The notes below the pieces were generated by a model, which did no database searches, was not told the DNA's origin, and saw nothing but the letters and a program-made list of their open reading frames with translations. A DNA stretch of 54,268 nt from positions 92,273,767 to 92,328,034 of the forward strand of contig NC_068982.1 in NCBI RefSeq assembly GCF_001194135.2. Direction: 5' to 3'. A program made the position numbers and the translations under genes. Below, one piece after another: positions 36,594-49,915 of this stretch (its first letter is position 1; each line of letters opens with the position of its first letter). Origin of the DNA: Octopus bimaculoides (Eukaryota).

Positions 36594-38860
36594 CTGAAAA
36601 AGAAAGAAAAAAAAGTACAAATTTAACACATTCAAATATTTATAGATTTATCCAACCCATGTTATGATGTAAAAAAAAAAAAAGACTGATAAAATGTTTT
36701 TATTTAATTAATATAACATACTTCTGTTACTAGTCATTATTTGGTAAGTGCCTTAAACAAAGAAATAAGATCCTGCAAAATAAATCCAAAACTAAACTTC
36801 AATTCCCAGCTACAGCTAATAAGACTATTAACATGAGAAGTTATATTTTATCTCTTCTTCTGCTTCAGGCTTAGCTAAACACAAAGTCATGTGTCCTACA
36901 GTGAACTTGAATTTAAGGTCTATGATGGTAACCAAATATCAATTCATTTTTTTTCGTCTCTAATCATCATATGACCTGGTAGTTATAATGGAGTTATAAT
37001 GACCTGGTAGTTATAATTGCTTTAGAGCATTTAGTTTGGTGTCTTTGTTGAATTGAATTCTATCAAGGCCAACTTTGCCTTACATCTTTTCTGGATTAAT
37101 ACAATAAAGCCTGATAAGATACTGAGAATGGATAAGTTAATAGAACATAGAGGACAAACTGTGATGAGGAGCAGACAGCTGATATTCCATTATTGGTGGA
37201 TGTGATGTGGGCCGCTTATGCCTTAATGACCTAGTCTACTTGGCTGCAAACAGGTACCACCAAGTGGTATGATTCTTTACTATAAGCAGTAGTAACAATT
37301 GTAAAACTAATTAGTAATGTGCTGGCTTATAGTACCAAGTTCAATTCCACTAACATGATAAGTTACCTGTGATAAATTGGCATTCTATCCGAGGGGTAAT
37401 GCTTCTGTCACCAGCTCATCTCCACAGAAACTGGAGATATATGCACCAGTCCAGTGAATTGTAGTGGTCTGTGAAGGGAAATAATAAAATGGCAACAATG
37501 AATTACTCACCTGTACTCCTTCTCCTCAGATAATTCACATTGTACTTGACAAAGAAGTTTAATAGAAAACAACAAAGTCAAAATCGGGCTAGCATTATAG
37601 TTGAGTGCAAAAGTAAGAGGAAAAACTCTGTTACTGGTTTTTAGATACAAAACGGAGAGGGGTCACCATAATAATTAACTTTTATAATCACATTCTATCA
37701 TTTAATGCTGCTACAGTTTTATTTTCTACAATAGAGTGTCTTGGATGGGTCGTCAAATTCTTATGATTGTTTCGAGCAAGCATCCTACAGCTTGATGTAT
37801 TAGGAACTTTAGTTGGCTAAGTTCATATCTCGTTACAGACACTGTGACCCAGGCAAAGAGACTTAACTTTCAATGCCCCTATCGTCCACATAACTGCAAA
37901 TAGGTCATGATCAGGCTACTCAACACTGTAGGTATTAACACCAGAGCATTATATAACCAACATGTTCTTAGATAGCTTGCATTGCTAGTTCATATAGCTA
38001 CAAATATGTTTTATAAGATGGTCCCATTAAACACTGAAGACAATACAAACACCATATAACCAATGAGTTTTTTATTAACTTGCACTGCTAAGTTGATACC
38101 CCAACCATGAGCAAAAACGTATAGTAAAATTTGTCATTGTGAGATATGTTAAGCTCCAAGCACTCTTATGTACTACGTATCTCTCAGAGGTAAATGATGT
38201 ACAGAAAAGTCAGAAGTGAAAGTTTCTGTGTACATTACAGCCATTTATGAATTTGAGGATAAGATTCTTTCTGCTATAGCCCTCCTAACATTAGGCTAAA
38301 CATGTCAGGGTGGAGAAAAGGATAGTAACTCTCATCAGCCTACAAACACATCTCAATTTATTTCACATAGCTTATGTCAACCAATGGATCTGAAGGATAT
38401 AACAGATTTACTGTAAAGAAGAATCTTGGATCAACTATATTTCTGACATATGTAGCACATCACTATTATCAGTGTTTTATATTTGCTTTTTATGCTGGCA
38501 TGGGTTAAAAGGTTTGTCTAAGTTCATGTCAGTTCTTTATTCAGAATTAATGCAACACAAACAGTAACTGATAACAACTACAAAAATTACCTTTTCTCTT
38601 GTACACATACACACACATGCACATGCATAAAACCAGAAGCTCTGCAGACATGAGAAATACAGCTCTATTATCAAGTGGGAGCAGGCAAACAAGACATGGT
38701 TGCAACTCCGAAAGGTTGGAGGCATAGAAATGAGAAGTAAGTTTAGGTTTCAATCCTTTCAAGTTATTATACAAATTATCTAACCATTAGAACAACATTA
38801 AATAAATCTATTTTATTTATTTGCCAGATACACAAAGGAGTGAACCTGAAGTGTATTTAC

Positions 38861-38984
38861 CAAGGCCAGATAGTGTTTGATGACTTCATGTCGAAGAAAT
38901 GCCATTTGCATTTTCTTTGCTGCTTTCTTGTTGAGAGCCAAACATAATGCACCACTTGTTGCATAATCCAAACGATGTGTGAAC
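38861..38984 (-). CDS. RPUSD1: RPUSD1-like coding exon 2 (RFTHRLDYATSGALCLALNKKAAKKMQMAFLRHEVIKHYLAL)
   Basis: Catalytic motif II HRLD..TSG and K.YLAL. TTTTTTAAAG acceptor, GTAAAT donor, 124 nt. Absent from the ORF track. Confidence 0.93.
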
Positions 38985-39199
38985 CTTTAAAAAATAAAAT
39001 ACAAAAGATCATCATATATGTGTATGTTTGTGTGAGTGTGTATGTATGTATTCATGTGTATCTGTGTACACACACACACAAACCCACATTTAGGGAGAGA
39101 GAAAAGTTGATTAGACATACTTTGAGAACACCAAAATCTTTTTTGAAACACAAAAACCAAGTTAGAATTTTATGTTGGAGGAACTATGCAAAAAATATA

Positions 39200-40330
39200 C
39201 TTTTCCTAATGAAGAGCTGGCCAGATGAGTTATTAGACTTAATGAAGTTACCAAATCAGAATGGCTTATGAAAGCCATGCAAGCCATGTACAGACAGGTA
39301 ATCATCAAGATGAGAGTTAACAATGATTTCAGAGAGGAATTTAGCATGCAGACAGACATCCATTAGAGCTTGGCTTTCAACCCACTCTTGTTTACAATGG
39401 TTCTCCAGGCCATAAAAATGGGTTTCAAAACCAGCTGTCCATTGGAACTTTTGTATGTTGATAACCTACTTTTTATAGGAAAATTTGTCAAAGAATTAGA
39501 GAAGAAATCCCAAATATGAAAACAAAGCATTGAATTCAGAGGAGGCTTTACAGTAAACCAAACAGAGATAAAAGTTTTAATTGGTAAGAAAGATAGGACT
39601 CTAGTGCCATCTAGGAAGTGGCCCCTACTCAATAAGCAGAAAAAGGTAGGATTCCCTTGTATCCAGAGTACACAAGAGGAATTTGTATATAGCAGATGGG
39701 CAGAAGTATAGATATCCATAAATATTACGAGGGCTCTCTAGAAGTAGTTGATAACTTCTGTTACTAGTGGTGGAAGAGAGTGTTCCAAAGGCATAGTAGC
39801 CAGAGTAAGAATAGGTTAAGAAAAGTTCAGAGAGTTATTCCCTCTACTGGTAACAAAGAGATTCTTTCTCTGAGTGAAGGTAGATAGTATGATGCTTGTG
39901 TACAAAGTGTGATACATGGCAGTTTGACATAAGCACTGAACGTGGAGGATGTGCAAAGGCTAAGAAAAAGATAAGGCAAGCATGTTTTGCTAGAGTGTGT
40001 GATGTTCATGTATATAAATGATTTAACATAAATTAGCTGAAAGAAAAACTAGATATAAGAGGAATGAAATCTAGTGTGCAAGAGAGAAGACTTCACTGGT
40101 AACATGCGATGAGTATAATAGTTGGATAAAGAAATGCAAGTGACCCAAGTGGAAGAAGTGCAGAAGAAGAGAATCAATGAGTATATGGTAATAAGAGATG
40201 AAAGCTGATCTCAGGAGGCTGTACCTTACAAAGGAATGACAAAAGGCAGCAACAAATGGTTAGATGTTGTGCTTGAGAAGACCTGTTTAACCAATACAAG
40301 CATGGAAAAGTATATATAAAATTTTGATGA
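39200..40330 (+). mobile_element. Old RTE LINE fragment in RPUSD1 intron 1
   Basis: Degenerate similarity to the younger copies (e.g. ccattggaacttttgtatgttgataacct = PLELLYVDNL) with many indels. Confidence 0.7.
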
Positions 40331-40711
40331 CGATGACATATGTATATATGTGTGTGCATGTATGTTGAGATATACATACATGTATGTTTGTGTTTGTTCA
40401 TTTGTTTTTACGTGTTTTTTTCCATGGGTTAGACAAATATATTACTGAGGTATTGTTTTACTGCCAAATGCTCTTCCTGTCACTAACCCATACTTGTTTT
40501 TAAAGGAACTGTTATCCTACACATCTTCAAAGATGCAAAGCTAGCAGACGATTTTTCAACCACTTGGTTGGAATGTACTGTGTGCCATGTATAGTTTGAT
40601 ATGAGTTTTTGAGATGAATTAGAAACTACCAAGATATTTAGAAAACTCAAGTGTTTTGAATGCATTGCACTGGTCCTTAGGTTTTCCTTTAATGCAAAAG
40701 CAAATCCTTGG

Positions 40712-40870
40712 TTTGTTGGCGTTAGGAAGGGCATCCAGCCGTAGAAACTCTGCCAAATCAGATTGGAGCCTGGTGTAGCCATCTGGTTTCACCAGTCTTC
40801 AGTCAAATCGTCCAACCCATGCTAGCATGGAAAGCGGACGTTAAACGAGGATGATGATGATGATGATAAT
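40712..40870 (+). repeat. RTE 3'-end fragment
   Basis: GTTGGCGTTAGGAAGGGCATCCAGC...GGAAAGCGGACGTTAAACGA(GAT)n, as at 104-243. Confidence 0.8.
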
Positions 40871-41089
40871 GGTATGCTTATTTAGTACCTTATTCAGTAT
40901 GCTATGAATGAAAAAGATTGAAAGATAGCAACCCTATGGGCTCAGCTAGATACAATGAAGAGTAGCAAGCTACAGGTATCATTTGAGAGTGAGTTTGACT
41001 TTGTAGTATGTACCATCATCATCATTTTTACACATGCTTTTCTACCTTGCATGGATTGTATGGGTTTTTTACTATCATCTCTTTCTGAA

Positions 41090-41375
41090 GTTGACCATCC
41101 AAAGATCAGCTTTGTTTTTCTGCCCATGTCTTCCTTGGTCTTTCTCTTCCACAGTTTCTTTCCATTTGAATTTCCTGACACCTCTTTATCCATCTGCTAT
41201 CACCCATACATATGTCCATACCAATGCAGTCTTCTCTCCTGCATGCAACATCTAAATTCTCTTATAACCAATCTATCTCTCAGTCCATTCACATGCACAA
41301 ACATTACACATCCAGCAGAGCATACTTGCTTTACATACCCTCTGCATTCAGCACCGAGTGAAACATCCAGAATGT
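41090..41375 (-). mobile_element. Old RTE C-terminal fragment
   Basis: Degenerate match to the GHV..M / RGRP..TW region. Confidence 0.55.
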
Positions 41376-42059
41376 AACGAGAGAGGGGGAGAGAGGGGAG
41401 GGGTAGGGAGAGAGAAAGGGAGGGAAAGAGTGAGAGAGAGAGAGCTGAACCAGCATTTGGTTGTTACTCATTTTTAGCTGAGTTGATTGGTGCAACATAA
41501 AGTAAAGTGCCTTGCTCAAGGACACAATAAGCAACCTAGTTGAAGAATTAAACTTAAAGATATAGTGATTGTGAGCTCAGTATCCTAATCTCTGATTACA
41601 GACCTTCATAAGAAACTAACATCACCACAATGATGACGACAACTGCGGCAGCAGCCGGTGCCACCACCACCACCACCACCACTTTAACGTCCACTTTCCA
41701 TACTTGCATGGGTCAGACAGACTCTATTGAGGCAGATTTTTTTTATGGCTGGATGCCCTTCCTATCACCAATCTTCCCCTGTTTCCAAGCAAGGAAATAT
41801 TTACCCGTGACTAGACATGTTCTTGCAGAATATTTGAAATGAATCATACTGCTTGTATGACAGTGACGAGCATTTTACAACACAGTCAAAACAATGAGAC
41901 ACAAATATACACACACTCACATATACATATGATGGGTTTCTTTCAGTTTCCATCTACCAAATCCACATACAATATCTTCAAACTACAACATCACAATATT
42001 GGTCACTGTGCAATGTCTTCAATAATAATAATAATAATAAGAAGAAGAAGAAGAATAAC

Positions 42060-42270
42060 AATAATGGTTTCAAATTTTGCCACAAGGGCAGCAATTTTGG
42101 GGGAGGGGATAAGTCGATTACATCAACCTCAATCTTCAACTGATACTTATTTTATCAACCCCAGAGAGGTGAAAGGCAAAGTTGACCTTGGCGGAATTTG
42201 AACTCAGAAAGGAGCGACAGGCAAAATACCACTAAGCATTTCATCCAGTGTGCTAACGATTCTGCCAGCT
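42060..42270 (-). mobile_element. Meta-domain-type tRNA SINE with (ATT)n tail
   Basis: Same family; tail merges into the (AAT/AGA)n tract at 42021-42065. Confidence 0.65.
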
Positions 42271-42507
42271 TGCTGCTGCTGCTGCTGCAGCAACAACAAC
42301 AACAATAACAACAACAACAACAAATAACAAAAACAACAACAACAACAACTATAATAATAATAATAACAACAACAATAATAATAACAATAATAATAATAAT
42401 CCTTTCTATTATAGCCACAAGGCCTGAAATTTTGGGGAGGGGGGGAAGTCGATTACATTGATCCCAGTGTTTCACTGGTACTTAATTTATTAACCCTGAA
42501 AGAATGA

Positions 42508-42570
<63 letters not shown>
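42268..42570. repeat. (GCT)n/(CAA)n/(AAT)n tracts separated by a SINE fragment (about 42400-42506)
   Basis: Directly visible. Confidence 0.9.
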
Positions 42571-42952
42571 TGAATAAAAAGGAAAGAACATGTATGATTA
42601 TTGACATAGCATGCCCCAGTGACAACAGGATCCATGTGAAAGAAGAAAAAATAAATAACTATGACAATTAAAGTGGGAAATGCGAAGGTTGTAGTCAATG
42701 AAGAGAGTAGATGTGATACCAATAGTAATTGGTGCACTTGGAAGTATCAGCACTCGACTACCAAGATGGTTGAAAAAGATCGGTGCAAGTGAGAAGGTAG
42801 AACATCTACAAAAATTAGCATTGCTTGGAACTGCAAGAATTCTTCACAGGGTCCTTGAAGCATGACCAGTAAACAAGTATCACCTTAGTCTGCTGGCTGT
42901 GGACAGCTGACACTTTCCAGCATACCCAGCAAAATAAGTTGTGAGTTTTCAT
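42571..42952 (+). mobile_element. 5'-truncated R4/Dong-type non-LTR retrotransposon (restriction-like endonuclease end + 3' UTR) in a (TAA)n tract
   Basis: Translates across one frameshift and one stop to CMIIDIACPSDNRI...KWEMRRL*SMKRVDVIPIVIGALG...LQKLALLGTARILHRVLEA*. (AAT)n lies on both sides. Confidence 0.82.
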
Positions 42953-43190
42953 ATAATAATAATAATAATAATGGTTTCAAACTTTGGCACAAGGCCAGCA
43001 ATGCAGAGGAAGGGGGTAAGTCAATTACATTGACCCCCAGAGCTCAACTGGTACTTATTTTATTGGCCCTGAAAGGATGAAAGGCAAAGTCGATCCCAGT
43101 AGCATTTGAACCTAGAACATAAAGACAGACAAAATGTCACTAAGCACTTTGTCTAGCATGCTAATGATTCTTCCAGTTTTCCACCTTAGT
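42953..43190 (-). mobile_element. Meta-domain-type tRNA SINE whose (ATT)n tail abuts the Dong fragment
   Basis: Same family consensus; tail at 42953-42972. Confidence 0.7.
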
Positions 43191-43966
43191 AATAATGATT
43201 TGTAGCTAGTAAATGATCTTTGAATAACACGCTAATTAATTTTACCCAAATCAAATAGATGTATGAAGCAGTGCTGAGCATATGAATCTCACTCTGAATG
43301 GAGTGGTAACTTCAATTGTAATCTGGTTCTTATTATTACCCATAATATTCAAAATGAAATACATTACAACCCAAACAAGGAATTTCTATGTGATCATCTG
43401 ACCTGCTACAAAAACTTACAAATCTTCCTAAGAAACCCTCTACTATTTTATAAAAACAAAAGACACATTGGATAATGTACCCCTAGATATACTAAAAGGC
43501 AAAATTATCATAGTTGGAATGTCTTTGATCACAGATTTGTTGATTAGAGCTGACATAGGGCTAAAAAAACAGCAGCAACATCAGAAGCATATATGATAAA
43601 GAATTCTGTCCAGATAGCACAACAAACAAGGGTTGTAGTGGTTATGAACTTGCAGTTTATGAATTGATGCAAGTTACTTGGTGACCTCACTGGTGTTGAT
43701 GCTATTTGTAAAAAGCACCCAGTACACTCTGTAACATGGCTGGTATTAAGAAGAGCATCCAATCATAGAAACCATGCCAAAACAGACATCGTAACTTGGT
43801 GTAGTTCTCTGGCTTACCAGCTCCTGTTGATCCATCCAACCCATGTCAGCATGCAAAACAGATGTTAAATAATGACGAAGATAAAGATGATAGAATTGCT
43901 TTAGACAGATGAAATAAAATGAAACAATAGTTAAAACAAACAATGAAACAAATTAGTATAAGTTAC

Positions 43967-44190
43967 CTGAAACTATGTGACACCTTTTCATCCCGTAAGT
44001 CTGGGTAATCTCGGCAAAGCAAGGTCTCAACAGTAACTCCATCATCAGGTTTATTTGTGTTTATTTTCATGTCAAAGTGTTTGTCCACAACAATGTAGTT
44101 GTCACTCTTGTACAAAATATTACATTGCATCTGTGATTGGCTAACGTCATCATTGCTGTGACTTTCTTCATCTTTTGCAGTATCTCCCAT
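43967..44190 (-). CDS. RPUSD1: RPUSD1-like pseudouridine synthase coding exon 1 (MGDTAK...ILYKSDNYIVVDKHFDMKIN...VSHSFR)
   Basis: RluA-family motif I (I+Y.S..++VV.KH.D). Acceptor AG ends 1 nt upstream of the ATG. Donor AG|GTAACT, 224 nt, phase 2. Confidence 0.88.
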
Positions 44191-46240
44191 TCTTTTAAAA
44201 GAAAGTAAAGAAAATGTTCAGATGTAATCAATGGACATGTAGTTTGTCAATGGATAGTACTCTTAAGTTAGCAGTGAAACGCAAATACTGTGAAAGTAAG
44301 GCAATCTATTACTAATCATGACATTTCAAAATCATATCCTTTGTTTTGCACCTGAGTAAGGGTCTTGACTTTGCTTGAATCAGCTTATGTTACTAACAAC
44401 AAGAAAGGACATATTGGATAACATGGTTTGGGGTATGCTATACACAACAAAGAAACAAGACAGGATGATCAAGGTTGACTGCTTTTCATCATAGGCTTGC
44501 TTCATCAGGGAAATTTATCCATTTCATTACCATCACCATTTAATGTTTGTTTTCTGTGTTGGTATGGATTGGCTGGTTCAGCAGGAGCTAATAAGCCAGA
44601 GAACAACACCATGCTCCAATGCCTGCTTCGCCATGATTTCTACAACTGGATGCCTTTTGTAATGCCAACCACTTTAAAGTGTACTAGGTGCTTTTTATGT
44701 GGTACTGGCACCAATGACGTCACCAAGTAACTTGTAAAACAAGATCATTCAATTGAGGGGTGAAATAGAATTGAGGGAGATAGCTTTATATCAGGAATCA
44801 AGATAGATTTATATCAGGAATCAATGGTAGAGGGACAGGAACAGGTATCATGCTATAGGGGAAATATATGGTTATCTTAGTTGTAAAAGAGAGAAATTAC
44901 AGGAAGTAGTACAGAGGACTGGACAAAAATTAAATTCAAATAAAAAATAGAATTATTAGTTTCCAAGTGATAGAATCATGAAATTTTCAAAGTAGGTCTG
45001 TTCTACAGATTAGACCTACAGATTAGAAACAGATTAGATTTTGGAAACAGAGAACACAAAACTAACAGAACATCAGTGTTGAATGATTCTAAACTCTGAA
45101 ACAATGACTTGTATGGCAATACTATTTCTTTAAACAGCTAGTGTCCTGCCTCCAACTGACTTGCTTTGTGGTGGTATTAATATTGATGATGATGACTTAC
45201 ATAAATTACAATAATAGGGAATGCTTTTCAAAATTGAAATATTTGAGATATATGTAGAAAACTATATTATTCCTGGTGGCTGACTGCAACAGTGTAGAAT
45301 CATGTTCATTGAAAATAACTACTGTAGAGATTTCATCACAGGATCTCAGGTTCAGTCCTATAGTGTGGCACCTTAGGCAAGTATTTTCTGCTATAGCCCT
45401 GGGCTGACTGGAGCATTGTGAGTGAGCTTTGGTGAAAGAGGTTTGTCATATATGTATGTGTGATGTATACTCTTGTCTTGGCAACATGTGATGATTGTAA
45501 AATGACTGTTGCCATCATACAACCGATGTTTGTTTCAGGTCTTGTGTGAAGGCCATGGGGAAATGTTGCTTTGCCTGGAAACAAGTGAGATTAACACGCG
45601 TGGAAAAGAGAACATTAAATTATGATCATGAGGGAGATATCAGAGTTTGAACATTCCTCTATTAAGTTTTTCAAAGTGTTAACATATTCTGCCACAATTA
45701 TGATGGATTATTTAAAAGAGAGAGAAGGGACACATTTCCATGAGGGCCATGGCTAAAATGCCTAGCTGTCTGACACATAAACCAACTTCTACACGACTGC
45801 TTGATCTGCCAAACAAAAGTAACTAAACTTCCCTCAAATCAAACAACTTTAACAAAAAGATTACAAAGAATAGGATAATCTTGTTCTGGACACATATCAC
45901 CTTAAAGAAAACAATAAATAATAAAAGAGTGGGCTGAATGTATCTGACTATATGAATTCTTGCCAAATATGAATCCCTAATTTTTCAAACTTCATAATAT
46001 TATTGTTGTGAGCACTACCACATTTCTGAAAACTGGGTCATTAAGTTTCCTTGTAATAACAATAATTATTTCTAGTTCTCATAGGGTAAAAATAGACAGA
46101 ATTTAAAGACACAAGAGAGAGGGGTACCTATTGTGGTAACAATCATATTTGACAAAACAATTTCTCACTGACATTAATGTACACTTTTGGTTTAAGAGGA
46201 CCACCTTGGGTTAATGCAAATGCCCTTGTCTTAAAACATG

Positions 46241-46753
46241 GGCAGAATTCTGGTTTAAGCACCCCATATAACCACTCATAATTGTTTTTATATTTTCTGA
46301 TATTTTCAGAAAATTTTTGCAAATTTGTGTTCAACAAAAAGGAATTTATATGATTATGAAAAAAAAAATTTTTTTCACTTTTTTAAATCCACCCAATCCT
46401 AAAATTTCTACTCTTAAAATTTTTTTTTTTTAAATCAGAGTTTAAAATATGGACAGTCAACATATTTTTCTTAAATCCCAGCAATGGAGCACCCTTGGGT
46501 GCATAATCATTCCATTAAATGTGTTTATGGGAGAAAAATATTGAGAGGGTAACGAAAAAACAAAGAAGGTATCAGGTGGTTGTGAGATGTGTTAAAAATA
46601 ACAGCTAAATCGCCCTTAAATTACACAAAAAAAAATTTTTTTCATAATCACATGACTTCTTGAGCGTAGAAAGTTGTAAAAATTTTTAGAAATTTCCAAA
46701 AGATAAAAAAGTTATGAGGGGTTATTATAAGGTACTTAAACCACAATTCTGCC
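46241..46753. mobile_element. 513-bp MITE/foldback element with long TIRs and 8-bp TSD
   Basis: Begins GGCAGAATT and ends AATTCTGCC. Identical AAAACATG at 46233-46240 and 46754-46761. Imperfect inverted arms about 130 bp. No coding capacity. Confidence 0.85.
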
Positions 46754-48648
46754 AAAACATGTAGCCGCACATACTAACTAGTGCTGAGTGTAACCACTGT
46801 CACAGATTTTTTTCTCTTCTCATACACTAGGTTATATTATCACATTTAATGGCTAGATGAGACAAAAGTTGATATCACTCATTCAAAATATCTTCTTTGT
46901 AATCTGACAGAAAATTTAAAAAAAATTCTTTGCCCTAAAATACCTAACTATAGTTAAATTAAAGAAATGAAAGTTTGAAATGAATTAATAGATATTTTTG
47001 TTACAAATAATCTAAAAGACCCAGTTACCAGTGACACACGAAAAAACTATTAATAAAAAATAATAATACAACACTAGAACATAAACATTATTTCCTTCAA
47101 GTAAAATTTAGTGAATATAAATAAGGTGAACCTGTGGAGTAGCACAGTGCATCAAACTCTTTTCATTACAATTAAAAGGAACCTCTATGTAGTCACCTGA
47201 CCTACTAGAAATAACAGTCAAATATCTCTTGTAATCACAGCTATTGTCTTAAAAATGGAAAAGGCACATCAAATAATGTAGTTCCAGATAACCTTATGTT
47301 CACAGCTGGAATGCCTCTGATCAGAGATCTGTTCTGTTCAATCTGGATTTAAGCAACTGGCAAAATGTAACAATTCATTTAATAAAACTATGTGAAACAT
47401 AAAAGCGAAATGTGCCATCTAACAAATTCAATCTAAGTTTAATTTTGGAGGATGTTACAGAATCAGTGGAAGAGTATTGGTCATTACCACTATTACCATG
47501 TTAGCATAGAAAGTGAACATAAAGCAATAATCAACATCAGCAGTGTTGGGTGATTTCACACCTGCTTTATGTGCTAATATAGATTAGCTGGGTCCTCATG
47601 GTATAAGTCTGCACTTATTAGGGGTTGTTCCGCTCCTAGACATCTCAAAGTGCAACATCTTACTTGTATGTTTCATTTTTGGTTTGTTTTTTACAGTATG
47701 CCCTTCTTATTACTTTTTAGAGTGTACTGGATGCATTTTATCATGGTACCAGCACTAGAAAGGTTGTTCTATCCTCAATAAAACTAAATGGCCCTCTCAT
47801 CTGATCTTGAATATAAAGCCAACAAATTTTCTTTTGGTTTAGAAATTGATTTTGGTTGCTTTCATTTTAAAATTTGAAATATTGTAAAGGTTAATCTATA
47901 GGAGTCTGATTACCCACCATTTAGCATCTCTTAAGCATACTGGTGTTACTGTTTGTATAGAGTAGGCTAGGGAGAACCCTTTTTGTGTCAGGAACAAATT
48001 GCAAGTTCATAAGAACTTGAGGGTATATCAGTACTGAGAAAAATAAGGGCTTTTAATCTTCAATGTGCTGATTAAATTTTAGCTGATCAAGTAACATGCT
48101 AATCATATGAAAAACTTCTCACAACCTATTTCTGTTGGCCAGTAAAAATAAAAAAACAAATGTACTACATCATGAGATGTGGAGAATTCTGGAAAATATC
48201 TCACTGTCAAAAATGAGTCAACCTGATTCCCGTGTCTTAAGTACACATGCACAAAACTGAGTATATTCAGTTCCAAAGCCTTATTGGTTACATAGATATC
48301 TATTATCATTATCCTCATCATCATTTAACATCCGTTTTCCATGTTGGCATGGGTTAGACAGTCTGACCAGAGCTTGCAAACAGGAGGGCTGCTGCCACAT
48401 AAAAAAACACCCATGCTGGTGCCATGTAAAAAGCACCCATGCCGGTGCCACATAAAAGTCTCTGTGCTGATGTCATGTAAAAACACCCAGTACACTCTGT
48501 AATGTGGTTGGTGTTAGGAAGGGTATTCAGCCATAGAAACCATGACAAAACAGACATAGAGCCTGGGCAGCTCTTCAGCTGGCCAACTCCTATCAAACCA
48601 TCCATGCTATTATAGAAAACAGATGTTAAATGATCATGATGATATAAA

Positions 48649-49536
48649 CAGGGTGTGGTGAATATATTGTCGTCTAAATTATGCAAAAATGAATATAACA
48701 CTGAAATCTCATTTTAACAGATATGTTTACCAAAATTACATAAAAATATCTTGGAATACTAAAGAGTAAATTTATTCAATAAAATCGCCATTGATTTCAA
48801 CCATTGCCTCCAGATGACTTCGGAATCCCCTGCAACTCTTCTGGATGGTCTCCTTGTTTAAGCTAGTGAATGCTGCCATAACCCCTGCCTTCACTTCACC
48901 TTAGGTGTTATACGAAGTTTTGTTGGTCTCCCGCTTAACTGTGCCCCACACATAATAATTAAAGGGGTTGCAATCTGGGGTGTTAGGTGGCCAGATGTTA
49001 GGTGTGGTGTGGTGTGGTCACAGAAATTGTCTGACAGTCATGACTGGGTCCTCCTGCTTGTGTGGCATGGTGCAGAGTCCTGTTGCCAGATATAGGGTCT
49101 TCTAGTAGCCACCCTCTCAACCCAGGACAGCACTACCTCCTTCAGGCACTTGATGTAGACCTCCATGTTGAGTCTGAGGCTGTGTGGGAAGATGAATGGA
49201 GGTATAACATCGCCATCACTAATGATCACTCCAAACACCATAATGTTGACTGGATGTTTGATTTTTATCACTCTTGGTACATGTTTTGGGGACACAGCAA
49301 GCCAACGGTTGTTCTGTGTGTTCACCATCTGTTTGTATTGGAGCTTCCAGTGCAAATGCCAAGCAGTACAGCATGACGTTTCCAAATTTCTGGCAGAGTG
49401 AATTGCATCATGGTGCTGTTTTTCTCACAGAAAGTTCCCAACTGACCCTATTATACTGTGTAGCCAACAAAATCAAAAACAAACAATGTGCATGCGCGAA
49501 ATTAAAAAAATAAAATGGCAACAATTTACCCACCAC

Positions 49537-49542
<6 letters not shown>
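48649..49542 (-). mobile_element. Internally deleted mariner-like (maT/DD37D) DNA transposon
   Basis: Imperfect TIRs CAGGGTGTGGTG...TTGTCG / CAACAATTTACCCACCACACCCTA. Residual catalytic domain MVFGVIISDG...WQQDSAPCHTSRRTQ...WPPNTPDCNPFNYYVWG, with stops and a frameshift. Confidence 0.88.
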
Positions 49543-49572
<30 letters not shown>

Positions 49573-49599
49573 CTAGCAGAGATACCTGGCCTTGCCTGG

Positions 49600-49915
49600 A
49601 ATTAAAATGGCATAGTCTTTTTTATTACTTTACTTCTTTCAGTCTTGTGACAGTGGCCATGCTGGAGCACCATCGCTGGTTGAGCAAATCGATGACAGGA
49701 TTTATTCTTTGTAAGCCTAGTACTTATTCTATCAGTGTAGTTTTACCAAATCGCTAAGTTATGGGAATGTAAACACAGCAACATCGGCTGTCAAGCAATG
49801 GTGGGGATATAAACACACACACACAAATATACATACATACGAGAGCTGCCATACAGTGGGACAGAACCCAGAATCATGTGGTTGGGAACCAAACTTCTTA
49901 ATCACACTGCCTTGC
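49600..49915 (-). mobile_element. tRNA-derived SINE (CORE-like), internally deleted
   Basis: Similarity to 500-700 and 1265-1325. Confidence 0.65.

Noticed and set aside
42866-43010. Meta-type SINE as the non-autonomous partner of Dong
   Set aside because: The 3' ends share no sequence, and the sense-strand tails are opposite (ATT versus AAT).
46143-46337. 64-aa ORF as a transposase for the MITE
   Set aside because: Straddles the element boundary and has no DDE-like motif.
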